From positions 15,389 through 79,388 of the forward strand of contig PJQG01000037.1 in the NCBI GenBank assembly GCA_002861595.1: a DNA stretch of 64,000 nucleotides, written 5' to 3'. Below, piece by piece: positions 18,335 to 27,800 of this stretch. Origin of the DNA: Actinomycetota bacterium (GTDB taxonomy: Bacteria; Actinomycetota; Acidimicrobiia; Acidimicrobiales; GCA-2861595). The notes below the pieces were generated by a model that saw only the letters and a list, made by a program, of their open reading frames with translations, had not been told where the DNA came from and did not search any database. Position 1 is the first letter of the stretch, and each line of letters begins with the position of its first letter. The position numbers and the translations under genes are program-made.

Positions 18335-19932
18335 CGGAGGGTCTTGCCGATGTTGGTGGCGTCGGCCGGGACGTGGGCCGCGCCGTTCGGCTCGGCATGG
18401 CCGTTGCCATCGCCGTTGCTCGCGCCATTGCCGGCGGCTCCGTTGCCGTAGGTCTTGGAGCCGTACTTGGTCGTGAGCAGGACGGGCTGGAGCTCGGTGG
18501 CGTTGGGGACGATGGTGGGCACGAAGGCGCCGCTCAGCTGCTCGCGGATCTCCTCGCGGTAGCCCACGGAGTTGTATGCGCAGAACGGGATGAGCCGGCC
18601 GTCGGGAGTGATCTCCTCCACGCAGCACTTCATGAGGGCCTTCACGTTCAACGTGTACGGGTCCTGGAAGTCCTGGATCACGACCATGAACGACTTGTCG
18701 GCGATGGACTTGAGGGCCTCGGGCAGGTCGATCCCGCAGGTGGCGCACTCCAGCTGGCTGCCGGTGTTGCCGTCGGTGCCGGGCACGGCCGACGCGCTCC
18801 AGAGCTTCTCCAAGGCGCCGCGAACGCTCATGTCCGGCATGACGCGGTTGCTCACGTAGTCGAGGTAGTCGTCCACGTCCACCAGGCGGGGGATGGGAAC
18901 GACGTTCTCGCCCTCGACCAGCAGGTAGGTGATGGAGCGGCAGGTGGGGAAGCAGCAGGGCACCGGCACGAAGTCGGAGAGCTTGAACCAGTCCCCGCAC
19001 TGGTCGACCAGGCCGTGGATGATGTCGGCGTTGGTGAGCCGCTGCATGGGGTCGAACTCCACGTGGCGGCCGGAGTGGGTGACCGGCTGGTAGGCCACCG
19101 ACTTGACCGCAGGGTGCTTCACGCCGAAGCGGATGATGTCGCCCAGCTCGTGGTCGTTGAGGCCCTTCTCCACTGCGGCCACCAGCGACACGCCGAGGCC
19201 GAACTCGGCGCAGTTGTCGAGGGCCTTCTGCTTGGCCGCCCGCAGGTCCCGGCCGCGGATCTTGATGTGGGTCTCGGGGTCGAAGCCGTCGAACTGCATG
19301 TATATCGTGGGCTTCAGCTCGGCCAGGTCCTTCACGAACTTGCGGTCGTGGGCCAGGCGGATGCCGTTGGTGTTGAGCGTGACCATGTGGACGCCCTTGT
19401 CCTGGGCCATCTTGATGAAGTCCAGGATCTGGGGGTGGATCGTGGGCTCGCCGCCCGAGAACATGACCACCTCGGGGTCGCCCTCGGAGCGGACGAAGGC
19501 GTCGAGGCCGGCCTCCACCTGGTCCATGGTGAGGGAGAAGCCGTCGGGCTGGTGGCCGGAGTCGGCGAAGCAGATGGGGCAGTCGAGGTTGCAGTTGGAG
19601 TTGACCTCGATGATGCCCAGGCAGGCGTGCTGCTTGTGCTCGGGGCACAGCCCGCAGTCGAGCGGGCAGCCGTCCTTGACCTCGGTCTGGGTCTCCAGCG
19701 GGTAGGTGCCGGGCTTGTTGTAGCGCAGCGAGTTGAAGTACATCTCGGCGTCGGAGTACAGCAGCGCCTCGAACTTGCCGTGCTCGGTGCAGCGCTTGCG
19801 CAGGAAGACCTTGTTGTCCTTGACGTTGACCTCGGCGTCGATGACCGTCTTGCACACCGGGCAGATGCTCTTGGTGTACTCGAGGAACACCTCGTCGCGG
19901 TCGACCTTCTGGCGGGGCGGGGTCATCGTCAC
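18331..19932 (-). CDS. Radical SAM protein, Tes/GDGT-MAS (MJ0619) family homologue
   Basis: CPVC...CTEH, CPLDCGLC, CNLDCPIC, SGGEPT, C-terminal CC...DGRLIPFCAYN; AAAGGAG RBS at 19943-19949. Confidence 0.85.
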   Translation of the reverse strand: MTMTPPRQKVDRDEVFLEYTKSICPVCKTVIDAEVNVKDNKVFLRKRCTEHGKFEALLYSDAEMYFNSLRYNKPGTYPLETQTEVKDGCPLDCGLCPEHKQHACLGIIEVNSNCNLDCPICFADSGHQPDGFSLTMDQVEAGLDAFVRSEGDPEVVMFSGGEPTIHPQILDFIKMAQDKGVHMVTLNTNGIRLAHDRKFVKDLAELKPTIYMQFDGFDPETHIKIRGRDLRAAKQKALDNCAEFGLGVSLVAAVEKGLNDHELGDIIRFGVKHPAVKSVAYQPVTHSGRHVEFDPMQRLTNADIIHGLVDQCGDWFKLSDFVPVPCCFPTCRSITYLLVEGENVVPIPRLVDVDDYLDYVSNRVMPDMSVRGALEKLWSASAVPGTDGNTGSQLECATCGIDLPEALKSIADKSFMVVIQDFQDPYTLNVKALMKCCVEEITPDGRLIPFCAYNSVGYREEIREQLSGAFVPTIVPNATELQPVLLTTKYGSKTYGNGAAGNGASNGDGNGHAEPNGAAHVPADATNIGKTLR

Positions 19933-19987
19933 GGGCGCGTGGCTCCTTTGGTCAGCCGGATCAGGATCCGGGCAAGCTAGCGCGGGG

Positions 19988-21060
19988 TCACCGGGACCGC
20001 AGATCGGCGCCGAACACCTGGGCAGGGCCTCGGGCACGGCCACCTCGAGTTGGGCGTAGGTGCACGACTCGGGCCGGCGGTCGGGGCGCCAGCGGCGGAA
20101 GGCGGCGACGTGGCGGAAGCGGTCGCCCTGGAGGTGGTCGTAGGCGATCTCGCACACCAACTCCGGGCGGAGGAGCTCGAAGGAGCGATCCTTGCCGGCG
20201 TTCCACCGGCTGGGCGCCCCCGGCCGGCGACCCTCCGGCTCTCCACCCAGCCAGGGATGCGCCTCCCCCACCGTGGGGTCGACGCGGTAGCGCTCGAGCT
20301 CGGCGACCAGCTCCTGGCGGCGTGCCGCGGTGAAAGCGGCGGCGGCGCCGGCGTTGTGCAGCACTCCCGCCTCGTCATAGAGGCCGAGCAGGAGCGAGCC
20401 CACCACGCCGCCCGACTTGTGCCATCGGAACCCGGCCACCACGCAGTCGGCCGTGCGCTCGTGCTTGACCTTCACCATCACCCGCTGGTCCTCGAGGTAC
20501 GGGAGATCGACCGGCTTGGCCACCACCCCGTCGAGGCCGGCTCCCTCGAAGCGCTCGAACCACTCCTGGGCCGTCTCCCGGTCTTCGGTGGCCGGCGTCA
20601 GGTGCACCGGCGGGCGAGCTGACGACAGGGCGTCCACCAGCAGCGACCGGCGCTGGGCGAAGGGCAGGGGCCGCAGGTCGCGGTCGTCCAAGGCGAGCAG
20701 GTCGAAGGCCACGAAGGACGCCGGCGTCTCCGCCGCCAGTCGCCGGACGCGGGACGCGGCGGGGTGGATGCGCTGGAGCAGGGCGTCGAAGTCGAGGCCC
20801 GCGGCGCCGGCGATGACGATCTCGCCGTCGACCACGCAGCGCGCCGGCAACTGCGCCAGCGCGGCGGCGGCCACGTCCGGGAAGTACCGCGTCAGGGGCT
20901 TCTCCTTGCGGCTGCCCAGCTCGACCTCGTCCCCGTCACGGAACACGATGCAGCGAAAGCCGTCCCACTTGGGCTCGAAGACCATGGCGCCGGCGGCGGG
21001 GAGGGCGCCGGACAGCCGGGCCAGCATCGGGGCCACCGGGGGCATGACGGGCAGGTTCAC
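19988..21060 (-). CDS. ligC: ATP-dependent DNA ligase LigC (frameshift near 20023 removes its own stop)
   Basis: EPKWDGFR, DGEI, GLDGVVAK, KVKH, RFRH, RWRPDR motifs; natural C-terminus AQVFGADLRSR lies in another frame. Confidence 0.85.
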
Positions 21061-22949
21061 GGCGTCGAGTGGGGAGCCGGCGACGCGCCCCCCGCCCGGC
21101 CTCCGGCCAGCGCCTCGGCCACCGCCCCTGCCAACGGCTCGGTCTCCAGCTCCTCGAGGGGGCGGGGCAGGGCCAGCGACCAGTTGGGTCGCTCCTCGGT
21201 GGTCCCGGGCACGTTGGGCCGCTCCTCGACGGCGAGGGCGTCCTCCAGGGTGGCGGTGACGATCGCGCTCGGGGCCGTGGCCAACAGCCGGTACACGGCC
21301 GCCACCACCTCGCCCGCGGGCGCGTCGGCGGGAACGCCGGTCCAACTCCTGACCCGCTCGTGGATCTCGACGGTCGCCTCCACGTTGGGCTCCAAACCGA
21401 GCCGTTCCTGCTCGGCCAGGTCCTCGCCCGACCAGAGCCCGGCGACGGTGGGCAGGTCGTGGGTCGTCACCGCGGCGAGAGCGTGGGCGGGGAACTGCGT
21501 GGGCGGGCGGTCCTCGAACCAGACCAGCCGGTAGGAGAGCACGCGGCGTGCCGTCAGCTCCTCGCGCACGGAGTCCTCCACGTTGCCCAGGTCCTCGCCC
21601 ACCACGTAGGCGCCGGCCCGCTGGCTCTCCAGAGCCAGGATGCCGAGCATCTCCTCGGCCGGGTACCGGACATATGTTCCTTCTCGTGCACCCGCACCGG
21701 CGGGGATCCAGAACAGCCGGAAGAGGCCCATCACGTGGTCCACGCGCATGCCGCCCGCGTGGCGGAACGCGGCCCGCAAGGTGCGGACGAAGGGCTCGTA
21801 GGCCGCGGCCCGCAGCCGCCACGGATCGAACGGCGGCAGGCCCCAGTCCTGACCCTGGGTGTTGAACTCGTCGGGGGGAGCGCCGACCCGCACACCTCGG
21901 GCGAAGCAGTCCTGCCACAGCCAGGCATCGGCCCCCTCGGGGTCGACGCCGATGGCCAGGTCGTGCACGAGGCCGATCTCCGCACCGGCGGCGGCCAGCT
22001 GGCCGTCGAGCAGCCACTGCAGCCACTGGTGGAAGCGGATGCGGTCGCGGTGGGCGTCGACGAAGCCGAGCACGCCGGCCCCCTCGGGATCCTGGAGACG
22101 CGCAGGCCACGTCGACCAGGGGCCGCCGTGCTCCTCGGCGAGGGCGCAGAACGTGGCGTAGCCGGCCAGCGCTCCGCCTTCGGCCTCGCAGTAGTCGTCG
22201 AACTCGGGGGCACCGTGCTCGCGGAAGGCGCCCCACAACGTCTCCAGCGCAGCGAGCTTCAACCGCCACACCTCGTCGCGGTCGATCCGCCGATCCTGGT
22301 TGAGGGCGCGACCGGCGGCGGCGAGGGGAGCCAGGTCCGGCGTCATCTCCCGGGCGCCGGGAACGTCCTCGACGCGCAGGTACAGCGGGCTTCGAAAGCA
22401 CCGGCTGGACGGGAAGTAGGGGCTGGGCTGCTGGTGAGCGGTGGGGAGGGGGGCATGGAGCGGGCTCACCAGCGACATGGCGGCCCCCTGGGTGGCCGAC
22501 CACCTCCCGAGGCGGCGAAGGTCGCCGAGGTCGCCGATGCCCCAGCTGGCGCTCGAGCGGGCGGCGGGGAGCTGCACGGCCCATCCCCACGTGCGCAGCC
22601 CATCGGGGAGGAAGCACGAGGCGGGGGTGACGACCAGGCGCACGGCATGCCCGTCGTCCTCCCGGCGGAGCAGGTGGTAGCCGGTGGGGAGATCAGGCGG
22701 GACTTCCTGCTCCACGGCCACCTCGGTGCCGTCCTCGGTGCGCAGGTGCCAACGACCGGTGAGCGGAACGGGCTCGCCGGCCGTCACCACACGGACACGG
22801 CTGCGCTCGCCCGTCGCCGGCGGCGCCGGCCCGTCGCCAGCCCCCATGGCCGCCAGCAGCGCGTCGATGGTGGACTGCGGTGCGTCCCGCCACTCCCTCC
22901 GGTGGTCCTGGTAGCGGGACGAGATCCCCCATGTGGCCGGGTCGGTCAT
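21057..22949 (-). CDS. malQ: 4-alpha-glucanotransferase (GH77)
   Basis: SPY, HDLAIG, GAPPD, RVDHVMG, GEDLG, THD, NVPGT. Confidence 0.93.
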   Translation of the reverse strand: MTDPATWGISSRYQDHRREWRDAPQSTIDALLAAMGAGDGPAPPATGERSRVRVVTAGEPVPLTGRWHLRTEDGTEVAVEQEVPPDLPTGYHLLRREDDGHAVRLVVTPASCFLPDGLRTWGWAVQLPAARSSASWGIGDLGDLRRLGRWSATQGAAMSLVSPLHAPLPTAHQQPSPYFPSSRCFRSPLYLRVEDVPGAREMTPDLAPLAAAGRALNQDRRIDRDEVWRLKLAALETLWGAFREHGAPEFDDYCEAEGGALAGYATFCALAEEHGGPWSTWPARLQDPEGAGVLGFVDAHRDRIRFHQWLQWLLDGQLAAAGAEIGLVHDLAIGVDPEGADAWLWQDCFARGVRVGAPPDEFNTQGQDWGLPPFDPWRLRAAAYEPFVRTLRAAFRHAGGMRVDHVMGLFRLFWIPAGAGAREGTYVRYPAEEMLGILALESQRAGAYVVGEDLGNVEDSVREELTARRVLSYRLVWFEDRPPTQFPAHALAAVTTHDLPTVAGLWSGEDLAEQERLGLEPNVEATVEIHERVRSWTGVPADAPAGEVVAAVYRLLATAPSAIVTATLEDALAVEERPNVPGTTEERPNWSLALPRPLEELETEPLAGAVAEALAGGRAGGASPAPHSTP

Positions 22950-22981
22950 CGCTGTAGTTGTAGCCGTCCTACGCTCCGCAG

Positions 22982-24574
22982 GTGCCCGACGCCGTGGTCA
23001 TCGGATCCGGACCGAACGGGCTGGTGGCCGCCAACCTGCTGGCCGACGAAGGCTGGGACGTGATGGTGCTCGAGGCCCAGCCCGACCCCGGAGGGGCGGT
23101 CAAGTCGGCCGAGCTCATCGAACCCGGCTACGTCAACGACCTTTTCAGCACCTTCTACCCGCTCGCCGCGGCCTCGCCGGTGATGGCCTCGCTCGACCTT
23201 CCCTCCCACGGCTTGCGCTGGCGCCAGGCCCCGTTGGTGCTGGCCCATCCGGCGGCGGACGGCACCTGCCCCGTCATCTCCACCGACCTCGACGAGACAG
23301 CCTCGTCGCTCGACGAGCTGGCGCCCGGCGACGGCGACTCCTGGAGGCGGCTGTTCGAGCAGTGGCAGCGGGTCGGGCCGGCGCTGGTCGAGGCCCTGTT
23401 CACCCCGTTCCCGCCGGTACGGGCCGGCCTTCGCCTGGTGGGCTCCCAGCGCCCGTCGGAGCTGCTGCGCTTCGCCCGTTTCCTCATCCTGCCCGTGCGC
23501 CGCCTCGGCGAGGAGGAGTTCACCAGCGACGGCGCACGGCGACTGCTGGCCGGCAACGCCCTGCACACCGACCTCGCGCCCGAGTCGACCCTCGGTGCCA
23601 CCTTCGGCTGGTTGCTGGCCTCTCTCGGTCAGGACGTCGGGTGGCCCGTTCCCGAGGGCGGCGCCGGTCAGCTGACGGCCGCCCTGGTGAACCGGTTGGA
23701 GAAGGCGGGGGGGACGGTGGTCTGCGGCACGCCGGTGACCGACGTGGTGGTCCGAGGGGGCCGGGCGGTGGCCGTCCGCACCGCCGGCGGCGAGGAGGTC
23801 GCCGCCCGGCGCGCCGTGGTCGCCGACGTCTCCGCGCCGGCGCTGTTCCTCCAGCTGGTGGCGGCCGAGCACCTTCCCGGCCCCCTGCTCGATCAGGTCG
23901 GACGCTTCCACTGGGACAACGCCACGGCCAAGGTGGACTGGAACCTGGACGGTCCCATCCCCTGGCTGGCCGAGCCGGCGCGGCGGGCGGGAACCGTGCA
24001 CGTCGGCGACAGCCTGGACGCCCTGTCGGTGCAGGCGGCCCAGCTGGCCGTGGGTCTCGTGCCCGATCCGCCGTTCGTCCTCCTCGGCCAGCAGGCGGTG
24101 GCCGACGCCAGCCGCCAACCGGCCGGCAAGGCCGCAGCGTGGGGCTACACCCACGTCCCCCGCCGCATCCGCGGCGACGCCGGCGACGACGCCATCACCG
24201 GGAGCTGGGACGACCGGGAAGCAGCGGCCATCGCCGATCGGATCGAGGGCGAGATCGAGCGGCTGGCACCGGGCTTCCGGTCGCTGATCCGGGGCCGCCA
24301 CGTCTTCACGCCTCCGGGCCTGGAGGCGGCCAACGCCAACCTGGTGGGCGGCGCCATCAACGGCGGCACGGCGCAGCTCCACCAGCAGCTCGTGTTCCGC
24401 CCATCGCCGGGGCTGGGCCGCCCGGAGACGCCGGTGGCCGGGCTGTTCCTCGGATCCTCCTCGGCCCACCCGGGAGGCGGCGTGCACGGCGCCTGCGGAG
24501 CCAACGCGGCCAGGGCCGCCATCTGGGCCGAACGGCGCCGCCAGGGACGACAACGGCGGGAGCGTTGGCTCTGA
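22982..24574 (+). CDS. Phytoene desaturase-family FAD-dependent oxidoreductase
   Basis: IGSGPNGL, HPGGGVHGACG; TACGCT -10 just before start. Confidence 0.88.
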   Translation: MPDAVVIGSGPNGLVAANLLADEGWDVMVLEAQPDPGGAVKSAELIEPGYVNDLFSTFYPLAAASPVMASLDLPSHGLRWRQAPLVLAHPAADGTCPVISTDLDETASSLDELAPGDGDSWRRLFEQWQRVGPALVEALFTPFPPVRAGLRLVGSQRPSELLRFARFLILPVRRLGEEEFTSDGARRLLAGNALHTDLAPESTLGATFGWLLASLGQDVGWPVPEGGAGQLTAALVNRLEKAGGTVVCGTPVTDVVVRGGRAVAVRTAGGEEVAARRAVVADVSAPALFLQLVAAEHLPGPLLDQVGRFHWDNATAKVDWNLDGPIPWLAEPARRAGTVHVGDSLDALSVQAAQLAVGLVPDPPFVLLGQQAVADASRQPAGKAAAWGYTHVPRRIRGDAGDDAITGSWDDREAAAIADRIEGEIERLAPGFRSLIRGRHVFTPPGLEAANANLVGGAINGGTAQLHQQLVFRPSPGLGRPETPVAGLFLGSSSAHPGGGVHGACGANAARAAIWAERRRQGRQRRERWL

Positions 24575-24588
24575 GAGTCCGGCGAGCC

Positions 24589-25050
24589 CTACTGAGCGCT
24601 CGTCTGCGGCTCGGCGCACCGGGGGCGCGCCGGGGCGCCGGCTCGGAGCACCCGCTGCATGCGCAGCCGCGTCCCCCCCGACTCGGTGGGCGACTGGAGC
24701 CGCACCGACGTCATCAGGGCACGGATGATGTGCAGACCCCGCCCGGACACGTCGTGGGGATGGGACTGGCGCAGGTCCACCTCCAGCGGATCGAAGCCGC
24801 TGCCGCGGTCCTCCACCTCGAGGGTGACGGCGGCGTCGTCCAGCTCCACCCGCACCCGGAGGAAGCCGTCAGCGCCGGGTGGGAAGGCATGGCGGATGAC
24901 GTTGACGCACGCCTCGTCCAGGGCCAACACGACGTCGGCCCGTTCATCGGCATCGGCGCCGATGTCAGCGAGATAGCCGCCGAGCGTCCGCCTCGTCGTG
25001 GCCAGGAGCCGGGCATCCGCAGGCAACTCGAGCTCGAGGGCCAGATACAT
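24589..25050 (-). CDS. Anti-sigma factor-like ATP-binding protein (RsbW/HATPase_c_2)
   Basis: EACVNVIRHA, VEDRGSGF, GRGL boxes. Confidence 0.85.
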   Translation of the reverse strand: MYLALELELPADARLLATTRRTLGGYLADIGADADERADVVLALDEACVNVIRHAFPPGADGFLRVRVELDDAAVTLEVEDRGSGFDPLEVDLRQSHPHDVSGRGLHIIRALMTSVRLQSPTESGGTRLRMQRVLRAGAPARPRCAEPQTSAQ

Positions 25051-25090
25051 GGGGAAGGGAAACGCTCCTGGGCCGGCGATTCTTCATGGG

Positions 25091-25116
25091 GTACCCGCGG
25101 GCCGAGGAGACGAAAC
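25091..25116 (-). promoter_or_regulatory. SigB/SigF-type promoter GTTT-N16-GGGTAC
   Basis: Direct match upstream of the anti-sigma gene. Confidence 0.65.
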
Positions 25117-25129
25117 GGACCGGGCTGAC

Positions 25130-25999
25130 ATGGGAGACATCCTGGTCGGCACCTCCTCGTGGTCGGAGCGGACCCTGGTTCACGAGAGCGGGTGGTACCC
25201 GCGCCGCACCATGAAGGCGGCCGAGCGGATCGCCTATTACGCAGAGCGCTTTCCGTTGGTCGAGATCGACGCCACATCGCGCTTTCCCCCCACTCCCGAG
25301 TTGGCCCGCCAGTGGGTCGAGCGCACCCCGCCCGGTTTCACCATCGACATCGACGCCTGGACGCTGTTCACCGGAGCGGCCACGCTCCCCGACTCGCTCT
25401 GGGAGGACCTGCGCACCGAGGTGCGGCCCGAGCTGCGGGACCGGCGCCGCCTGTACGCCGGCCACCTCAGCCGGGCCGGCATGAAGGAAGCCTGGGCCCG
25501 CTTCCGCCACGCCATCGAGCCGCTGCGAGAGTCCGGCCGGCTCGGTGTGGTGATCCTGCGCTACCCCCACTGGCTCAAGCCGGGTGACACCGGGCGAGGC
25601 CTGCTCCTGCAGGCCCGGCGGGGGCTCGGCGACCTGGAGCTGGTCGTGGAGCTCGCCAACCCGGGGTGGCTGGACGGGTCGAACTGCGAGGCCACGCTCA
25701 GCTTCTTGGAGAACCACGGCCTCGGGCTCGTATGCACGGACTCGGCCGGCGATCCCCCGGTGGTCGCGGCCACGTCCGACGTCGCCGTCGTGCGCTTCGC
25801 CGGGCGCAGGGGCGACGAGGTCGAGTGGCCCGGCTGCTACCGCTACTCGCCTGAGGAGCTGGAGGCGTGGGTGCCGAAGCTGCGGGACCTGGCCGGCGGC
25901 GACGGTTGGGTTCACGTGCTGTTCGCCAACACCTACCGCGACTGGGCCGTCTCGAATGCCGAGGAGCTCTCGGCCCTGCTGGCCGGGTGCCGCGCATGA
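25130..25999 (+). CDS. DUF72 family protein
   Basis: VGTSSW, YAERFPLVEID, YRYS.EEL..W motifs. Confidence 0.85.
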   Translation: MGDILVGTSSWSERTLVHESGWYPRRTMKAAERIAYYAERFPLVEIDATSRFPPTPELARQWVERTPPGFTIDIDAWTLFTGAATLPDSLWEDLRTEVRPELRDRRRLYAGHLSRAGMKEAWARFRHAIEPLRESGRLGVVILRYPHWLKPGDTGRGLLLQARRGLGDLELVVELANPGWLDGSNCEATLSFLENHGLGLVCTDSAGDPPVVAATSDVAVVRFAGRRGDEVEWPGCYRYSPEELEAWVPKLRDLAGGDGWVHVLFANTYRDWAVSNAEELSALLAGCRA

Positions 26000-26859
26000 C
26001 GCGGGTGGCCGTGGCCGGCGAAGCGGGGATCGAGATCGCGGTGCACGAGCTCGGGGCGGCGCGGAGCTCCTCGAGCCGCACCGACCTCCTGCTCGTCCAC
26101 GCCGCCGGATTGCACGGCCACGTCTGGCTCCCTTTCGTCGAACGCCTGCCGGAGCGGTTCCGGGCCCTGGCCGTCGACGTGCGCGGCCACGGTGAGTCAG
26201 GGCCGTTGCCCGAGGGTGGGCTGGGGTGGGAGGAGCTGGCCGCAGACCTGCTGGCCGTGGTTGACGGGCTCGACCTGCACCGGCCGCTCGCCGTCGGCCA
26301 TTCGAGCGGCGCCAGCCTGCTCCTGCTGGGCGAGGAGCAGCGATCGGGCACCTTCGCCGGCCTCTGCTGCATCGAGCCCATCGGGTCGGCTGTCCACAAC
26401 CCTCCGCCACCGAACCCCGCCCACCCCCTGGCCGAAGGGGCGCGCCGGCGCCGCGACGTGTTTCCCTCGCTCCAGGCCGCGTTCGACACCTACGCGGCCA
26501 AGCCGCCGTTCTCCTCCGTCGCCCCCCAGGCGCTGTGGGCCTATCTGGAGCACGGGTTCTCCGAGCTCGCCGAGGGCGAGGGTGGCGTGCGCCTGCGTTG
26601 CCGGCCCGAAGACGAGGCCGGTATGTACACCCACGGGCTGTCCCACCACGCGTACCGGGACCTCGACCGCGTCCGTTGCCCGGTGGTGCTGATGCGCGGC
26701 GATCGCTCCACCGTGGTGTCGGCCGACGTGCTCAGGGCCTGGGCCGCCCGCCTGCCGGATGCGAGGATCGAGGTCCTCCCCGGCCTCGGGCACTTCGCCC
26801 CCCTCGAAGACCCCGCCGCCGTCGCCCACACGGTGGCGGCCGCCTTCGCCGGCGAGTAG
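25996..26859 (+). CDS. Alpha/beta hydrolase
   Basis: DVRGHGES, GHSSG, GHFAPLEDP. Confidence 0.85.
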   Translation: MTRVAVAGEAGIEIAVHELGAARSSSSRTDLLLVHAAGLHGHVWLPFVERLPERFRALAVDVRGHGESGPLPEGGLGWEELAADLLAVVDGLDLHRPLAVGHSSGASLLLLGEEQRSGTFAGLCCIEPIGSAVHNPPPPNPAHPLAEGARRRRDVFPSLQAAFDTYAAKPPFSSVAPQALWAYLEHGFSELAEGEGGVRLRCRPEDEAGMYTHGLSHHAYRDLDRVRCPVVLMRGDRSTVVSADVLRAWAARLPDARIEVLPGLGHFAPLEDPAAVAHTVAAAFAGE

Positions 26860-26873
26860 CGCGTCGCCCCGAC

Positions 26874-26920
26874 GTTGCGAGTACATAGCGGGCCGTTTCG
26901 GCCCGCTATGTACTCGAAAC
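26874..26920. repeat. REP-like palindrome
   Basis: Perfect 18-bp arms CGAGTACATAGCGGGCCG-TTT-CGGCCCGCTATGTACTCG (26878-26916). Confidence 0.85.
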
Positions 26921-26936
26921 GGGAGGTCCACCGGCT

Positions 26937-26958
26937 TGTCGCACCGCCGCTCTACCCT
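26937..26958 (+). promoter_or_regulatory. PafBC/RecA-NDp-like promoter TGTCGC-N10-TACCCT
   Basis: 8 nt before ATG of the RecB-family nuclease. Confidence 0.7.
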
Positions 26959-26966
26959 TGGCCTGG

Positions 26967-27794
26967 ATGGCCCTGCCGCTGCCGAGCTCGCTATCGCCGT
27001 CGAAGGTGTCGTCGTTCACGGACTGCGCCCTGGCCTTCCGCTTCTCGACGATCGAGCGGCTGCCCGAGGCGCCGTCGTCGGCGGCATCCAAGGGGACGCT
27101 GGTGCACCGGGCGCTGGAGCGCCTCTTCTGGCACGTTCCTCCGGCCGCCCGCACGGAGTCGGCGGGGCTGGCCCAGTTGGACATGGCCTGGGCCGAGCTG
27201 GCCTCGCACCGCGAGTTCACCGGCCTGGAGCTCGACGCCCAAGCGGAGGCAGAACTGCTGCAAGACGCGGCAACCTTGGTCCGCAACTACTTCGCCCTCG
27301 AGGACCCGACCACGGTGCGAGCCATCGGCATGGAGCTGCGCCTCGAAGCCCGCCTCGGCACCCTCCGGCTCCGGGGCATCATCGACCGCCTCGAGCTCGA
27401 CGCCGACGGCGAGCTGGTCGTCACCGATTTCAAGACGGGCAAGGCGCCGGGGGAGACCTACGAGAGCCGGCGCCTGGGTGGCGTGCAGTTCTACGCGTGG
27501 CTGTGCGAGCAGGCGCTGGGCCGCCGCCCGGCACGCGTCCAGCTGCTCCACCTCCGGGAGCCGCTCGCCATCGTCAGCATCCCCACCGCCCAGTCGCTGC
27601 GGGGCATGGAGGGGCGCACCTCGGCCATCTGGGCCGCGGTCGAACGAGCGTGCGCCGACGAGGATTTCCGCCCCCGTCCCTCCAAGCTGTGCGACCACTG
27701 CTCGTTCAAGGCCTACTGCCCCGCCTTCGGTGGCGACCCGGCCATGGCCGCCGCCGGCGTCTCCGCCGGCACACCTCCGCTCGTGCCCGCCTGA
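26967..27794 (+). CDS. PD-(D/E)XK RecB/Cas4-like nuclease
   Basis: LSPS...C, GTLVH, GIIDRL, DFKTG, CDHC...CP Fe-S staple. Confidence 0.88.
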   Translation: MALPLPSSLSPSKVSSFTDCALAFRFSTIERLPEAPSSAASKGTLVHRALERLFWHVPPAARTESAGLAQLDMAWAELASHREFTGLELDAQAEAELLQDAATLVRNYFALEDPTTVRAIGMELRLEARLGTLRLRGIIDRLELDADGELVVTDFKTGKAPGETYESRRLGGVQFYAWLCEQALGRRPARVQLLHLREPLAIVSIPTAQSLRGMEGRTSAIWAAVERACADEDFRPRPSKLCDHCSFKAYCPAFGGDPAMAAAGVSAGTPPLVPA

Positions 27795-27800
27795 GCCCCC

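Noticed and set aside
18331-22617. 1428-aa ORF as a novel multidomain protein
   Set aside because: The first part is an off-frame overlap with malQ, and the LigC-radical SAM join is explained by a 1-nt frameshift.
1246-24574. Two phytoene desaturase-like genes as a carotenoid cluster
   Set aside because: Over 20 kb apart with no crtB/crtE/crtY; the family includes many non-carotenoid enzymes.
26967-27794. Cas4-like gene as evidence of CRISPR
   Set aside because: No array or other cas genes; solo RecB-family nucleases are common in Actinobacteria.
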